From contig JBHGNT010000015.1 of the NCBI GenBank assembly GCA_043228905.1, forward strand, positions 9,362,001 to 9,426,000: DNA of 64,000 bases. The letters are read 5' to 3'. Origin of the DNA: Azolla caroliniana. Taxonomy: Eukaryota; Plantae; Polypodiophyta. Shown here in pieces: positions 26,420 through 40,432 of this stretch (positions are counted from its first letter, which is position 1; every line of letters starts with the position of its first letter). A model generated the notes under the pieces. That model made no database searches. It was given only the letters and a program-made list of their open reading frames with translations, and was not told where the DNA came from. Made by a program: the position numbers and the translations under genes.

Positions 26420-29400
26420 GTATTCTTAGCAATAGGAGGGAGGATAGATTATCTACAAGAAGAAGGGAGAAAGAATAAGAGGGTTATAAGAAGCTTAGTA
26501 GAAGAAAGGGTGAAGAAGAAAAGACTTTTTTGTCTAATATTATATTTAAGTAGTTATTTGGTTTTTGTTACTCTTAGAGTATAAGAGTATTGTATTCTTT
26601 TCTTATTAATATATTGAAGCATTCTTTTTTCCTCCTCCTCTCTTCTCTATCATTTTTCTCTATCTCTTCATCATTTTGGCGCTCTAGGGAGAGCCAATCC
26701 TTTCCGTATAAAGGGAGGAACGGTTATCCACTCATTGATGGTTGGATCTACCGATTCATTATCAAACTGATGGCAAGATATGGAGTTCGCGATGCGATAG
26801 ATCTACCAAGAGAACTTTTCCAATTCCGTATGGTTTCATCAGTGTGCTACCTCGAGTATGAGAAGACATTTTTGGATATATGGTCCACTTGGATTCGACT
26901 TGTTGGAGGCGTTGAAGATGTATACTTCAAGATGCAAAGATTCAAAGCGGGGCTGGATGAATATTTTCAATATGAAGTGCATATGAAGTACCCAAGGTCT
27001 TTCCATGATTTTCTTCGAGTATGTCAAAGTTATGATCAACAATTGAAGAAGCTATTATTCGGTGAAGCATATGGAGTATCGACGTCATATACCATAAATC
27101 CAAGCTATAATAATTGTGGATCGGTCATGAGCCAACAACCAACATACTTGCAATGTCCGATTCAACAAGTTCCCTCACATCATTATTCTAATTTTTGGAG
27201 TTATAATGATGTCTATGAAGGTGATTCCAGAGACAAAGAAGAAGAGGTGATGAATATGGAATTCCCCCATATAGTTCATAAGGACAACCATGATATAAAG
27301 AATGATGATGTGAAAGACGAATCCAAGGAGATTGTTATGAGAAGTGATGCCATGGATGGTGATGCCAATGTACATCATGTTGAGGAAATTATTGATACAA
27401 CAAGCGATATGGTGGTTGATGATGAATATGTGCAAGATGAAATGGAAGATATTATAGAAAAAGTTGTTGATGGTGAAGTACCACAAGGGATTTGCAAGAT
27501 GAAGAAGGTAACCTGGAAGTGATAGCTGGACATTGGCTTTTGGAGATCAATGCGTGTAAGGAAGCATTGGTAAGTGTTTCCTAATCAATCATCGATATTG
27601 CATGGTGGGCAAGTGTTTCCTAATGTTTTTATGACATTTCCAACAACATGTCAATCTAATACCTTTGTAATGCAAGAATCTATTCCATCTAAATTAGAGG
27701 GGGATTTCTCGGAGCAATTAAATTGGCGTTTGGATGAAGTTACTCGACAAATCCAACAAATGCAAGCGAATTTTAATGTAAATCAAACTCGAGATGCTCC
27801 AAGGGAAAGAAGAGTGGTTGTGTGCTACACATGTGGTGTCGAGGGGCACATATCAACACGCTGCCCTTCACGACGACAAGGTGGTTGGGGTCAAGGCATG
27901 CACGAACTACAAGGCAATCAAAACAATAATATTAACTAGCTCAACACACAAGTGACGGGAGGGGAAAACATCTCAACTCAAATTCTAACAATTCCCCCTA
28001 ATGTAAATCTTCTTGACTTTATGTATGATACAGATGAAGAATGTGATGTTGCACCCATAAAGAGAATTAGGGAATCACAAAAGAATATAACAGCGGAAGG
28101 AGAGACTAGTAACTCTCAACAAAAGAAGAAGACTAAGGAGACTAACTTGGAGGATGAACCGAGAAAGAAACATTTGCGAAGAAAGATAAAAATTGATGAT
28201 ATGTCGATGGGGAAAGGTGTGGAACCATTCGATCTCAAGCAAGAGTTAATCTCTAGTGGACCACGCATCACTTGGCCACAACTTCTCCAACTTTCTCCAT
28301 CACTACGCAAGGAGTGGGGACGCCTATCGAGCATACGAAAGAGCGTAAAGACGTTACATTATGCTGGAGTTGTGCAAGTAAAAGATCGAAAGGATATTCG
28401 ACCAACTATCCCGGTAACCATCAAAGGTTTTTTAATTAAGGATGCCTTGGTAGATAGTGGTGCTAGAATAAGCCTTATATCTGAGGTTTTAGTAACTAAG
28501 ATTGGAATTCCCATTTGTAAGAAGTCCTCGGCAAAAGTAGTTGTAGTTGATGGGGGTTTGGTTCCTTATTTGGGAATTATAGAGGATGTAGTGATCGAAT
28601 GTTTTGGTATATCTATTTCCATGGATTTTCATGTCATACCTCTTAAAGGGCCATCTTATTCCTTAGTATTAGGAAGTCCTTGGATGCAAGAGTTAAAAGT
28701 GATCCAGGATTGGAGTAATGGCATCATGACCTTATCACCATCAGAGGGGTTCAAGATCTTTTACGACATGCATCTTCAAGGAGTAATTAAAGGTGAAAAG
28801 GAGAAAGAATCGTCTTCCTACAACATCGAGCGAGAAAGGGAAAGCTTATCGAGTGATGAATCCTCGTCGGATTGGGAGGAAAATGCGTCCTACGTGGTGT
28901 CTAAGGACGAAGAAGGAGGCATTGGAGAAGAAAGCAGCATTATTACCTTGGAGGAGAAAGAGAAGATGTTTTCCGAAGATATCCAAGGAGAAGAGCGTCA
29001 AAGGTTTATTTCTCTTCTTTATGAGTTTCCAAAATTATTCATAAATGACTATTCGCAGATAAGAGGAGTAGATGTCATCAAGCATCACATCAATTTAAAG
29101 GAAGGAAGTGTACCGGTTGCTAAAAAGCTTCGCCGGTTAGGTATGGTACAAAAGGAAGCTCTTTTAAAGGAAGTTAAAGCATTGTTAAGAGCAGGTTTTA
29201 TTTACCCAATGGAGGATGCTGAGTGGGTGTCACCAGTTGTGGTAGTTCCAAAAAAGAATGGGAAATGGCGGGTATGTGTTGACTTCAAACCCTTGAATGC
29301 TTCAACCAAATGAGATCATTTTCCACTTCCTTTCTAGGATGAGATTTTGGATGAGATTGTTGGGCACGAGCTATACACCATTTGCGATGGTTATTCTGGT

Positions 29401-31348
29401 TATTTTCAAATAAGAATCGCCAAAGAAGACCAAAGAAAAACCACATTTATTACTCCTTGGGGTTGTTTTGCATATAGGTGTATGCCTTTTGGATTAACTA
29501 ATGTTGTTTTTACCTTTAATCGTTTGGCTATTCATGTATTTCAACTCTTTTTTGGAAAGTTTGTAAGGGTTTTTGTAGATGATTTTGCTATATATAGCAA
29601 AAAGATTGATCATCTAGAGAAGGTGTGGGCAGCTTTCAAAAGACTCGATGAGTGCAAAGGACAACTCAACCCCGATAAGCGTCGCATTGGTGAAAAAGAA
29701 GTGGTGATGCTTGGTCATGTGGTATCTCTTCAAGGGATTAAGGTGGATTCATCAAAGGTTAAAGCACTAGAAGCTCTACCTTACCCGAAAGATATTAAGT
29801 CATTGGAAACATTTGTACAAAAGGTGCGTTATTTTGAAAGGTTTATCCATATGCTAGCCCAAGTACTTTATCCGTTTAGAGTCATCGTACGCACCAACGT
29901 CTTTGTGTGGAATCCTTTTCTCGTAGAAAAATTTGATACAATAAGAGATCTATTATCGAAAGCTCCTATCCTTAAGCCTCCTAATAGTAGCTCCACGTTC
30001 TTCCTTTCTCTTAGTGTTAGTTCTCATGCTATTGGTGTTATTCTTATGCAACAAGATCCTCATAATAAACTTATGCATTCTATTTACTTTATTAGTAGAG
30101 CCATAAGTGGTGTGGAAAAGACTTTCATGGATATAGAGAAGTGGATGTTAACACTAATTTATGCATGCAAAAAGTTTAGGAGTTTTCTAATTTCCCAACA
30201 TTTCATAATCATCACTAGTATGCCCTTATTACCGTATATTCTCCAACATGTTAGTGTGTCAGCTAGGATTATGAAATGGGCTCTCCAATTAGTTGAATAT
30301 GATTTTGAGGTTAAGCTTGAGTCTACCATGCGTGCGGAGTTGGCGGATCTTCTCACTTTTAGAGAAAACCTTCGTGAGTAGGAATTGACAAAGATAAGAG
30401 ATGCGCTTCCTAAACTAGATATGGAGGATGCTTTCAGGTTATTCTTTGATGGAGTGTTTCGTAAGGAGACACATTCAGCGGTTGGAGGCCTCGTTATTAG
30501 AGACCCTAATGGAGAGATTGTGCACACAGAGGGTATTATTTTATCCAATGCCAATACCAACAATGAAGCAGAGTACGCCACTTTGTGCTATGGCCTTCGA
30601 ATTTGTAAGGCAAGGGATATTAGAAGATTGATCGTAAAAGGTGATTCTCTTTTGGTAATCAAACAAATTCAAGGAGTGTGGAAATGTCAAAGTGATGGTT
30701 TGCGTATGTTTTTTAAGGAGACACTAACTTTAATTAAGTGTTTCCATAAAGTTCAATTGAAACATGTAAGTCGTTTGGACAACAAAGAGGCTGATGCACT
30801 TGCTCAAGATCAACTAAAGAAATTAAAACTTGAGACAATATGCATTTTGGAAGAGTGTAAAGATGCGACATCTCTTGAGGAGGTATGTGAGTTTCTTGAC
30901 GGTGGTGATTTTCCTAAAGGTTTAAATTCTACACAAAGAAACGATTGGTGGTGAGAGCATCCCAATATATAATGGTGGATAAGGACTTATATCATAAAGG
31001 CAAAGGTGGTGTTTTATGAAGAGTGCCTATTAAGGAGGAAATTGTGGAGATCTTACAAAAGATGCATGAGGAGGCTTGTGGAGGGCATTTTTCTCATGAT
31101 ATCATGTTGAGAAAAATTTTATTAACAGGTTTTACATGGCCTTCTATTCACAAAGATATACATGAATGGTGCAAGTCGTGTGATGCTTGTCAAAAGGCAA
31201 GAAGAAGACAACTTCAAGCAGGCCCTTTGCATCCTATTGTGGTTTTTGCTCCCTTTGAAAAATGGGGAATCGATGCAGTGGGTCCCCTTCCAAGAACTGA
31301 AAGCGGTAAAGAATTCATATTGGTAGCTACTGATTACATGACTAAGTG
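26420..31348 (+). mobile_element. Ty3/gypsy H, Tat-like with additional archaeal-type RNase H; truncated at both ends
   Basis: Partial LTR ending ...TCA at 26673, PBS TGGCGCTCTAGGGAG at 26677, gag with CYTCGVEGHISTRC, PR (LVDSGA), RT (FVDD), RH, second RNase H 30385-30954, INT N-terminus 31023-31348. Confidence 0.88.
30420..30830 (+). pseudogene. Archaeal-type RNase HI domain (aRH) of gypsy H
   Basis: LFFDG...GGLVIRDPNG...TNNEAEY...GDSLLVIKQIQG...HVSRLDNKEADALA, with the D-E-D-D catalytic residues present. Confidence 0.85.
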
Positions 31349-34300
31349 AGTTGGCTCACACTCTATGGTGCCAGAATTGGCATCTAGTTTGAGGTTTCGG
31401 TCTAGAGGTGTTGCCACAAACTTGCAGTCAGTCATCCCGAACTTGTATAACAAGTTGAGAATGTAATACCGTTGGGAGATCATAATCTTGGCTGGAGTCC
31501 GAATTACCTCGATGCCAAGGAAGTAATGGAGCTCTTTCATGTTCGTCATCTCAAATTTGTTGGAAAGGAGGGATTTGACCTTGTTGATGTCGACTAGATG
31601 CTCACCTCCAATGACCAGATCATCCACGTATAGGATGATGACGATCGGACTTTCGGAATCGCTTCTTAGATAGAGATAATTGTCGGATTTTGACATTCGG
31701 AAGCCGATTCGATGAAGATATTGTGTTATCTTCAAGTGCCAAGCACGTGGTGCTTGTTTAAGGCCGTAGAGAGGCTTCTTGAGTCAGCAGATGGCTTTCG
31801 AATGAATGTTGGATTCAAGGCCGGGTGGTTGTATCATGTACACCTCCTCTTCTAATTCACCTTGAAGAAAGATGTTCTTGACGTCCATCTGGTGGAGGTG
31901 CCACCCTTTCGCCATTGCAAGTGAGATCACGGTTCGCACGGTTGTCATCTTTGCCACCGGGGAAAAGGTCTCTTCATAGTTGATACCATGTGTTTGTGCG
32001 TAGCCCTTTGCTATGAGTCAAGCTTTGTAGCAGTTGATGGAACCGTCGGCATTATACTTCACTTTGTATATCCATCTACAGCCGATTGCCTTCTTGTGCG
32101 GTGAGTGAGGGACGAGATCCCATGTCTCATTCTTCCTGAGAGCTTGTATCTCCTCGTTCATCGCTTCGACCCATCGCGGATCTTTAACAGCTTCGGCAAA
32201 GCTCTCCGGTTCTCGAATTGCCACCATCTTCATCATAAAGGCATAGTGGTATGCCATATAGTCGTTGTAGCCGAATCGGCTAACCGGATTCTTCTCTCGG
32301 GTGGAGTGACGGAGTTTCTCATTTGCCGATGTGAGTGCTTTCTCAACTCCGGGTGACCTCATAAGAGGCACATCAAAGCCATCGAACTCACTATCGAGTG
32401 AATGAGTCGATTCGTTGCCGTCGAAGTGATTGTCTTCATATTCCGACATTTTGGCCTTCCCTTTGTCCCTCTTTGGACTTGGCCGAGATGTGCTTTGGTT
32501 GCTCGGAGGCTCTTGTGGTCCGCTCAATCAGGTTGAGATTGGACTCTCTTCGAGTATTGACCTTAGTTGATCATCGTCTTCTGTGTTGTTGAGGTCGTTC
32601 ATAGATGGTTCAAGAGGAGTTGGCTTGGGTTTGTACCATGGTGTCGATTCGTCAAAGACAACATCCCAACTTACACGAGTCTTTCGAGTAGAGGGGTTGA
32701 AGCACTTGTACCCTTTTTGCTCCAGTGAGTACCCCACGAGGATGCACTTCTCTGATTTTGGGTCAAGATTCTGCCGCTTCTCATCGGGAATGTGCATGTA
32801 TGCAATGGAGCCGAATATCCTTACATGGGATAGATCTGGCTTCTTCCCATAATATTTCTCGTGCAGGGTGACCTCGTGCACTCCGGATGTTGTGCACCGG
32901 TTCATGAGGTAGACGGCGGTATTTGCAGCGTCTACCCAATATGACTTGGGCATATGCTTCTCATTTAGCATGGCCCTTGCTACTTCGAGGATGTGCCTAT
33001 TCTTGCGTTCGGCTACACTATTCTGTTGCGGTGTGTGTCGGCAAGTGAATTCTCGCTGAATTCCTTCTTGTCGAAGGTATGCCGTGAACGCATCGGAGAA
33101 GTGTTCCTTTCCTTCGTCTAACCGAAGACATCGTACATGACGCCCAGTTGTCTTTTTGACTTCGCTTTTGAATTTTTGGAAGTGTGTAAACACTTCACTC
33201 TTCATCCTCATGGGAAAGATCCATGTGTATCTAGAGAAGTCGTCGATGAAGGTAACATAGTACCAACATCCTCCGAACGTAGGCGTCAATGCCAGTCCCC
33301 ACACATCCGACTAGACCACGTCCAATAGGCATTTGCTCGCGTTCCTTTCCTTCGCGAACGGGTGTCGATGTTGCTTGCCGAATTGGCATGCTTCACATAC
33401 TCCTTCAATCTCTTTCTCTTTGAAGGTCGGGAGCCCGATGATGACTCCTTTCGATTGCATCGCCTTGAGTTTGTTGAGATTGATATGGTCGATTCCTTTA
33501 TGCCATAGCTCTATGTTGGTGTCGAGTTTGAGGCCCTTTGCATACATGGCCAATTTCACCTCATTTGACTCGAGGATAAACATTCTACCTTCCCGTCGAC
33601 CCCAAGCGATGAGTCGGCCTTCCTTCTCGATGAAGCAACCACCTTGGTTGAATCAAACTTGCATCCCTTGCTCCACTATTTGGCCGACCGAGACCAAATT
33701 CTTCGTTATGGTGGGTACGTGTAATACATTTTTTATGCAAGTTTGTTCGCCGTCTTCCCCAAATGGGACATTGCCAATATGTCGAATAGGATGAGTGGTG
33801 TCATCTCCGGTCTCGACATAACCGGGTCGATCTGGTTCTCGTAAGTCTCAGAACCATTCTTGACGGGACGTCATATGGTTCGAAGCACCGGAGTCGACGA
33901 ACCATACATCTTCTGGATCGGAGGCATTAGTCGAAGTAGAGGCTGACATAGAATTTGCTCTATGTCTCATCATGAACATTCCGCCAAGGTCTTCATAATC
34001 GGAGTTAGTGGCATAATTTGTGAGTTGTCGGCTTGTGGAAGTCGACTCGCGCTTCTTCTTCCGGCACTCTTCTTCATGATGGCTGATTTTTCAGCAATAT
34101 CTGCATTCGATCGAGTTTTGTCAACTTGAACTGGAATGGAAGCTCCCCCTTCTTCCGAAGGTTCCTCGATGGCTTCTGTCTTGTTGCTGAAATTGGGAGT
34201 TGTTGTCGTAAGTTGGACCTCGTCCTTGGCCGAATCGGCCTCTTGCTCGGCCGCGTCCTCTTCCTCCATTCGAATGCGTGTAGAGCATGTGGCCTTCCGA

Positions 34301-34631
34301 GGCATTGCTCCTTGTTTGAACATGATTCTCTTCGACCAATACCATAGATTGAAGATTGAAGAAGGAGGGTGGATTCTCCCGTGCTAGTATGGCGGTCCAG
34401 ATCACGTCGAATCGTGGTGCAAGGCCGCTGAGAAATATTTGCACCATTTCGTCATCCTCCACATTGATGCTTATTGAGTCGAGTGCATCACAAAGCTCCT
34501 TAATCTTCAAGGTGTAGTTTGTGATGGACATATCCCTTTGTTGGATGTTGTTCAACTCTTGGCGGAGTTGAAGCTTCCTCGCGGTCGTGTTGGCGGCGAA
34601 AATCTCTCATAGATTTTCCCACGCTTCCTTC

Positions 34632-34935
34632 TGTCGAATACAAGTGTATAATGGACGTATTCACACTATCCCTTTGTATAGCTCAAGTTTGGGCCATTTG
34701 TGTAATTAGCATAAATGGTAGTTGCCCTAAGTTTGTCACTATATAAAGTGACCTAGTCACCTTTTTGTAAGGTTGGTTGTATTATTGTTTCTATTGAATA
34801 GAAAGAGTCTTTTGTGCCTCCTCTCTCTCTCTCTCTCTCTATCTCTGTGCACGATCTTCGATTCTATCATACGCAGGTACTCAACCCCAATCAAATGCTA
34901 CTTGATCTTCCGCATTGACGGCCTTGTCTTCAACA
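34632..34935 (+). repeat. 5' LTR of copia J
   Basis: TGTCGAATAC...TTCAACA, with TATA at ~34740. Confidence 0.97.
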
Positions 34936-35476
34936 TTTGGTATCAGAGCGAGGTCCCTCAACCCGCTGTCGGCCGTCATCACAGCCTGCACAGTATTCGG
35001 CCTTTCGCTTCATCCTAGTCTGCAAAGCATTCGGTTTCCTGCGTCATTTGAAAAAACAGAGAAGAAAGTAGGCAAACACAAGCTTGAATCTCGCTGCGTT
35101 AGATCATCACTCGGAGTAAGCCAGTCGGCTGTACTCTACTTCCTTGATCGTAACTGCTTGAGGTGGGCTTCCTGCACAACGACGACTTCAAGGACAACCC
35201 CAGTTCGTGTTTCATTCGATTGGACAATAATCGGAAGGACCAGTCGGTTCCATTGCTCTCACCGTTGCAGTCAACCGAAACCGAATCGGCTTGAAGTACT
35301 GTCGGATCGTTAAATCTAGGTTCAACTCGACTAAGACAGTTGTCGGTAGTCAATCCGAACCAAATCCCCGATTCTCCGTAATCAACATCACTTGTGTCCA
35401 ACTTCGGCTAGAACGACACTGAGTGGGCCAAACCGCTGCACTTCACCAAAGTTCGTAGCCGACTTAGGGCAGAGTC

Positions 35477-38400
35477 ATGACATCAACATCCGGCTCGTCA
35501 GAAATGAGTCTACGAAAGTTCGATGGATCGAACTTCAACTTCTGGAAGGAGCAAATGCAGGACTATCTCATAGTCAAGGGGCAAATCGATCCCATCGAAA
35601 ATGAAGCACCTCCAGAAGGATACAAACCAATTGAGTGGCAGAAGCTGGACAGAATCGTCCGCGCCACGATTCGGATGCACCTATCGGAATCGGTATACTT
35701 TACGGTGCAATCGTGTACGACAGAATTCGAACTGTGGAAAACACTGTCGGACACCTACGAAAAGAAGGTCGCTGCAACGAAGATGTTTCTGATCCGGCGC
35801 CTCTACAACTTGCGGATGAAAGAATCAGATTCGGTTCAAGCACATCTCAATGAGTACGAAAGCATAAGCTCCCAAATCTCATCTCAGGGGACGGCAATCG
35901 AGGATGAACTCAGAGCAATGATACTCATGAGCAGCCTTCCCTCATCATGGGAAACTTTCGTCACAACCGTGTGCAACGCGTCAACCACGGCTGTTAAATA
36001 CTCCGAAGTCACGAGCGCAATCCTGACCGAAGCAGCTCGGAGAAAGTCTTTCGCCAAAGACTCAACAGACGACGCTTATGTAGTACAAGGTTCGACAGAC
36101 TGATCGAACATACGAGGAAGAGATTCCTCACGGCAGCCGAACAATCAGCGAAGACGGAGCCAGTCACGGGATAATCGAATCTGCAACTATTGCAAGAAAC
36201 CCGGACACATCAAAGCCGACTGCCGCGCACTCAAGAACAAGAACGACAAGTCTCAGAAATCAGACAAGAAGAGTGGCCGGCATGAGGAGATCAATTACGT
36301 CAGCTTCTCAGCTGATGTGCTACCAAACGACCCGAATATACTATCAATCGAAAATCCAGTCGGATCAGAAGTTCTGCTCACGACTGAAGAATCGAGCACA
36401 TGGCTCTTAGATTCGGGCGCGTCATTTCACGTGACTCCTCATCGATCCCAATTTCGGCAATATACGATCCGTCACTCCGACTCAGTTCGAGTCGGCAACT
36501 CGCAACACTGTGACATCATTGGAATCGGCACAGTAGAGCTCAACCTTGCAGGTGGCTCTACACTTGTACTTCACAATGTCCGACATGTACCCGAGCTCTC
36601 AAGGCCATTGATCTCAGTCGGACAACTAGATGAAGACGGCATTCGTGCCGGTTTTTCTTCGGGAGGGTGGACACTCCACAGGGGGAACCTCCTGCTTGCT
36701 AGAGGACCCAAGATACACTCACTGTATCCGTTACATGTTACGCTCAGAGAGGGTAACCTGTTTTTGGTGGATATTCCTGTGTCATCACTATGGCACAGAA
36801 GATTAGGACACCTCAGCAAGGCCGGCATTACGCACCTATCTAGAGCCGGATACATCCCTAAACTCTCCTTCTCGGACCATCAATTCTGCGAACATTGCCA
36901 GTATGGCAAACAAGCAGCCGCATCACACCCGACATCAGCACCAAGAGAAACGAGACCTCTCGATTTAGTCCACTCGGACGTCTGTGGCCCAATGCCGCAT
37001 CAGTCTCTCGGCGGTGCCTCTTACTTCGTCAGTTTTATTGACGATTCGACTCGAAAGGTGTGGGCTTATCCAATTCGCACCAAAGATCGTGTCTTCTCGA
37101 TCTTCTCCGATTGGCTCGCTATGGTAGAAAATCAAACTGACCGAAAACTGAAATGCTTTCGGACCGACAATGGGGGAGAGTTCAAATCAGAAGAATTCGT
37201 CAAATTCTGCCGACAACGCGGCATCCGACGTGAATTTACGGCACCACACAGTCCGGAGCAAAACGGGATTGCAGAACGCATGAATCGGACAATCCAAGAA
37301 CGGATAGTTTCCATGCTCCAACACTCCGGACTGTCGGATGGCTTCTGGGCAGAGGCTCTACTCACGGCAGTACACATAATCAATATGTCGCCAAGCAAAC
37401 CTCTAGGACTTCAAATTCCTCAGGAACTATGGATCGGCAGTAAGCCGAATTACGACAAGCTGAGGATCTTCGGATGCGAGGCGTACGCCCTTATTCCGAA
37501 AGATGATGGCCGAAAACTTGCACCTCGGTCCAGGAAATGCATTTTCCTTGGATATGGATCAGACGGCGAAATGGGATACCGACTCTGGGACCCCGAACGC
37601 AGACAAATCGTTCGAAGTTCGGACGTTGTGTTCAACGAGTCGGCTATGAATCCATCAGTCGAAACACCGATCGAAGTCCGAAGGGTAACATTTTCCGATG
37701 TGCCGACCCTTCAAGAAGGCCCCGCTCTTAACACACGGTCAGCTTCACGGGTAGCTGAACCTTACACTACCGACTCGGACAACTCTGACTCGGCACAGCA
37801 GAATAATTCGCTTTCGGACCATCCGACCTCGATACCCGATACGACCAGTCCAATCATACCTCGACGATCCGAGAGACTGTCGCAACCTCCGGAGAGGTAT
37901 TCTCCTGGAATTTTCTTCACCGACGCCGGCGAACCGACGTCTTACGAAGAAGCATCGACATCTGTCGATTCAGCCACCTGGCATCTGGCGATGGAGTCGG
38001 AAATGCACTCCATTCGGGCAAACAAGACTTGGGATCTGGTCGAATTACCTAAGAATCGACGTGCTCTTCCTTGCAAGTGGGTTTATCGACTAAAAGAGAC
38101 GTCTGATTCGACCACCCCAAAGTACAAGGCCAGATTAGTTGCGAAGGGCTTCCGACAAGAATATGGCGTCGACTTCGACGAGATTTTTTCACCAGTGGTG
38201 AAAATGACAACCCTTCGTTTTCTACTCGGCGTAGTGGCAACCGACAACTTGGAGCTGATTCAGCTAGATGTCAAAACAGCCTTCCTCCATGGTGATCTTG
38301 AAGAGGAAATTTATATGGAGCAGCCAAAAGGCTTCGTGGCAACTGGCCAAGAACATCTAGTCTGCCGACTCAGGAAGAGTCTATACGGCCTCAAACAGGC

Positions 38401-39508
38401 ACCGCGACAATGGTACAAGAAGTTCGACGACTTCATCCAATCGATCGGCTTCTCAAAAAGCGATGAGGACCATTGTCTTTTTACCAACACAGCTCGAGAT
38501 GGATCATCCATCTTCCTCATCATTTACGTGGACGACATGCTAATTTCTGGACGCCACGCAGGCGAACTTGCCGATCTCATTCGGCAATTGCGGTTGAAGT
38601 TTGCCATGAAGGACCTCGGTCCGGCACGACACATACTTGGCATGAAGATTAGTCGGCATCGCGATAAACGACATCTTTTTTTGTCTCAGACCGACTATAT
38701 CGGACGTGTCTTGGAACGCTTCAACATGCAATCAGCCAAATCTGCTTCAACCCCGCTCCCCATGAATCTTCGGCTCTCTCAACGAGACTGCCCGACATCC
38801 GGTCCGGAGGGGGAAGATATGAAGTCGGTACCGTATGCACCGGCAGTCGGCTCCCTTATGTACCTGATGGTCGCGACACGGCCTGATATTTCTCATGCCG
38901 TAGGAGTCGTTAGCAGATTTATGCACAATCCTGGCCGATCGCATTGGAACGCAGTCAAGCATGTGTTCAAATATCTGGCTGGCACAAAAGACCACAGCAT
39001 TCTTTTCGGTCCGAACTCAACCTCAGGCGTAGTCGGTTACACCGACTCGGACTTCGCCGGCTGTATAGACAGTCGGAAATCAACAACCGGATACTGCTTC
39101 AAATTCGGCAATGGAGCAATTTCGTGGAAGTCGAAACTTCAGGAGTGCACAGCGACCTCAACGACCGAAGCAGAATATGTAGCTGCGTCCGACGCTGCAA
39201 AAGAAGCTTTGTGGCTCGGCCGGCTGGCGCACACGTTTCGACAAGTCGACCATGACTCGGCCCCAGTTGTCTATAGCGACAGTCAAGGTGCTGTTGCCTT
39301 GTCGAAAAATCCGGTTCACCACAACGCCTCCAAACATATCGACGTTCGATATCACTTCGTTCGGGACTGCGTCATTTCAGGGAAAATCGGTCTAGAGAAA
39401 ATATCCACAACCGACAATGTTGCAGATGGAATGACCAAGTGTCTTTCGGCAGACCGCTTTCGGTCCCTTCGGCATCAGATGGGCGTAACGACAAACCAGT
39501 CCGGTTAG
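35477..39508 (+). pseudogene. gag-pol polyprotein of copia J, one in-frame TGA at 36101-36103
   Basis: ORFs 35477-36103 and 36317-39508 share a frame, and the gap encodes CNYCKKPGHIKADC without further stops. PR (LLDSGAS), INT (HSDVCGP, TDNGGEF, NGIAE), RT (IYVDD) and RH are all intact. Confidence 0.95.
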
Positions 39509-39701
39509 AGCCGGACACAGCGCAGGATGGTTTCAGACAACCGACATCAGTTCCTTAATGATCGGCTTCAACTCTTCCGACCCGACCAGTCCGGCCTTCT
39601 GCCTTCGGACCCTGCCGACTCGAACAAAACTGATATGTCCGAGAACCTAGGTTTATACCTGTAATCTTAGATAACCCATGTATACGCCCATTACGGGGGA
39701 G

Positions 39702-40003
39702 TGTCGAATACAAGTGTATAATGGACGTATTCACACTATCCCTTTGTATAGCTCAAGTTTGGGCCATTTGTGTAATTAGCATAAATGGTAGTTGCCCTAA
39801 GTTTGTCACTATATAAAGTGACCTAGTAACCTTTTTGTAAGGTTGGTTGTATTATTGTTTCTATTGAATAGAAAGAGTCTTTTGTGCCTCCTCTCTCTCT
39901 CTCTCTCTATCTCTGTGCACGATCTTCGATTCTGTCATACGCAGGTACTCAACCCCAATCGAATGCTACTTGATCTTCCGCATTGACGGCCTTGTCTTCA
40001 ACA
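39702..40003 (+). repeat. 3' LTR of copia J
   Basis: Near-identical direct repeat of the 5' LTR, located after the PPT. Confidence 0.97.
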
Positions 40004-40432
40004 CCTTCGGCGTCTCGGCTTCTCGAATGTACCCGAGCATGTGGTCGTGAACACATGTCGCCAAGCAATACATCACTCGGCTTGCCACTTTCTCCCACGT
40101 TGCATAGTTGACATCTTCCAGGTCGGGTCGGTTTTCTTGTGCTCCCTTGATGTAACCCCAATAGCCTTGGCCGACAAGGTACTGGTGCATCTTGTACTCC
40201 CACGATGCGAAGTTGTTTCGGTCCAACTTCTCGGTAGGGAGAGTGCTCCCCATTTGAGTATTCATTATTGATTAAGCTTCCTTTCTTCTATTCCTTCTCT
40301 CTCGAACACGAGCTATGTAGTGGTACTACGATAGCGATGAGCCGGTTCTTCTTGAACGTCGGCGTAGAGCACAACACACGATCACGATGAGGCGAGTGGG
40401 CTAGATCGAGCTACCAAATCGTTCTGATACCA

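Larger units (their letters stand above)
34632..40003 (+). mobile_element. Young, structurally intact Ty1/copia J (Tnt1/Tork-like)
   Basis: LTRs 34632-34935 and 39702-40003 differ by 3 substitutions and one CT unit. TSD CCTTC at 34627-34631 and 40004-40008. PBS TGGTATCAGAGC 34938-34949; PPT GGGGGAG 39695-39701. Confidence 0.98.

Noticed and set aside
36101-36103. Programmed gag-pol readthrough in copia J
   Set aside because: The stop lies upstream of the zinc knuckle and lacks a CARYYA readthrough context; a CGA>TGA mutation is simpler.
39966-40265. Short chimeric ORFs (also 51820-52044)
   Set aside because: These are gag N-termini running into inserted LTRs, by-products of nesting.
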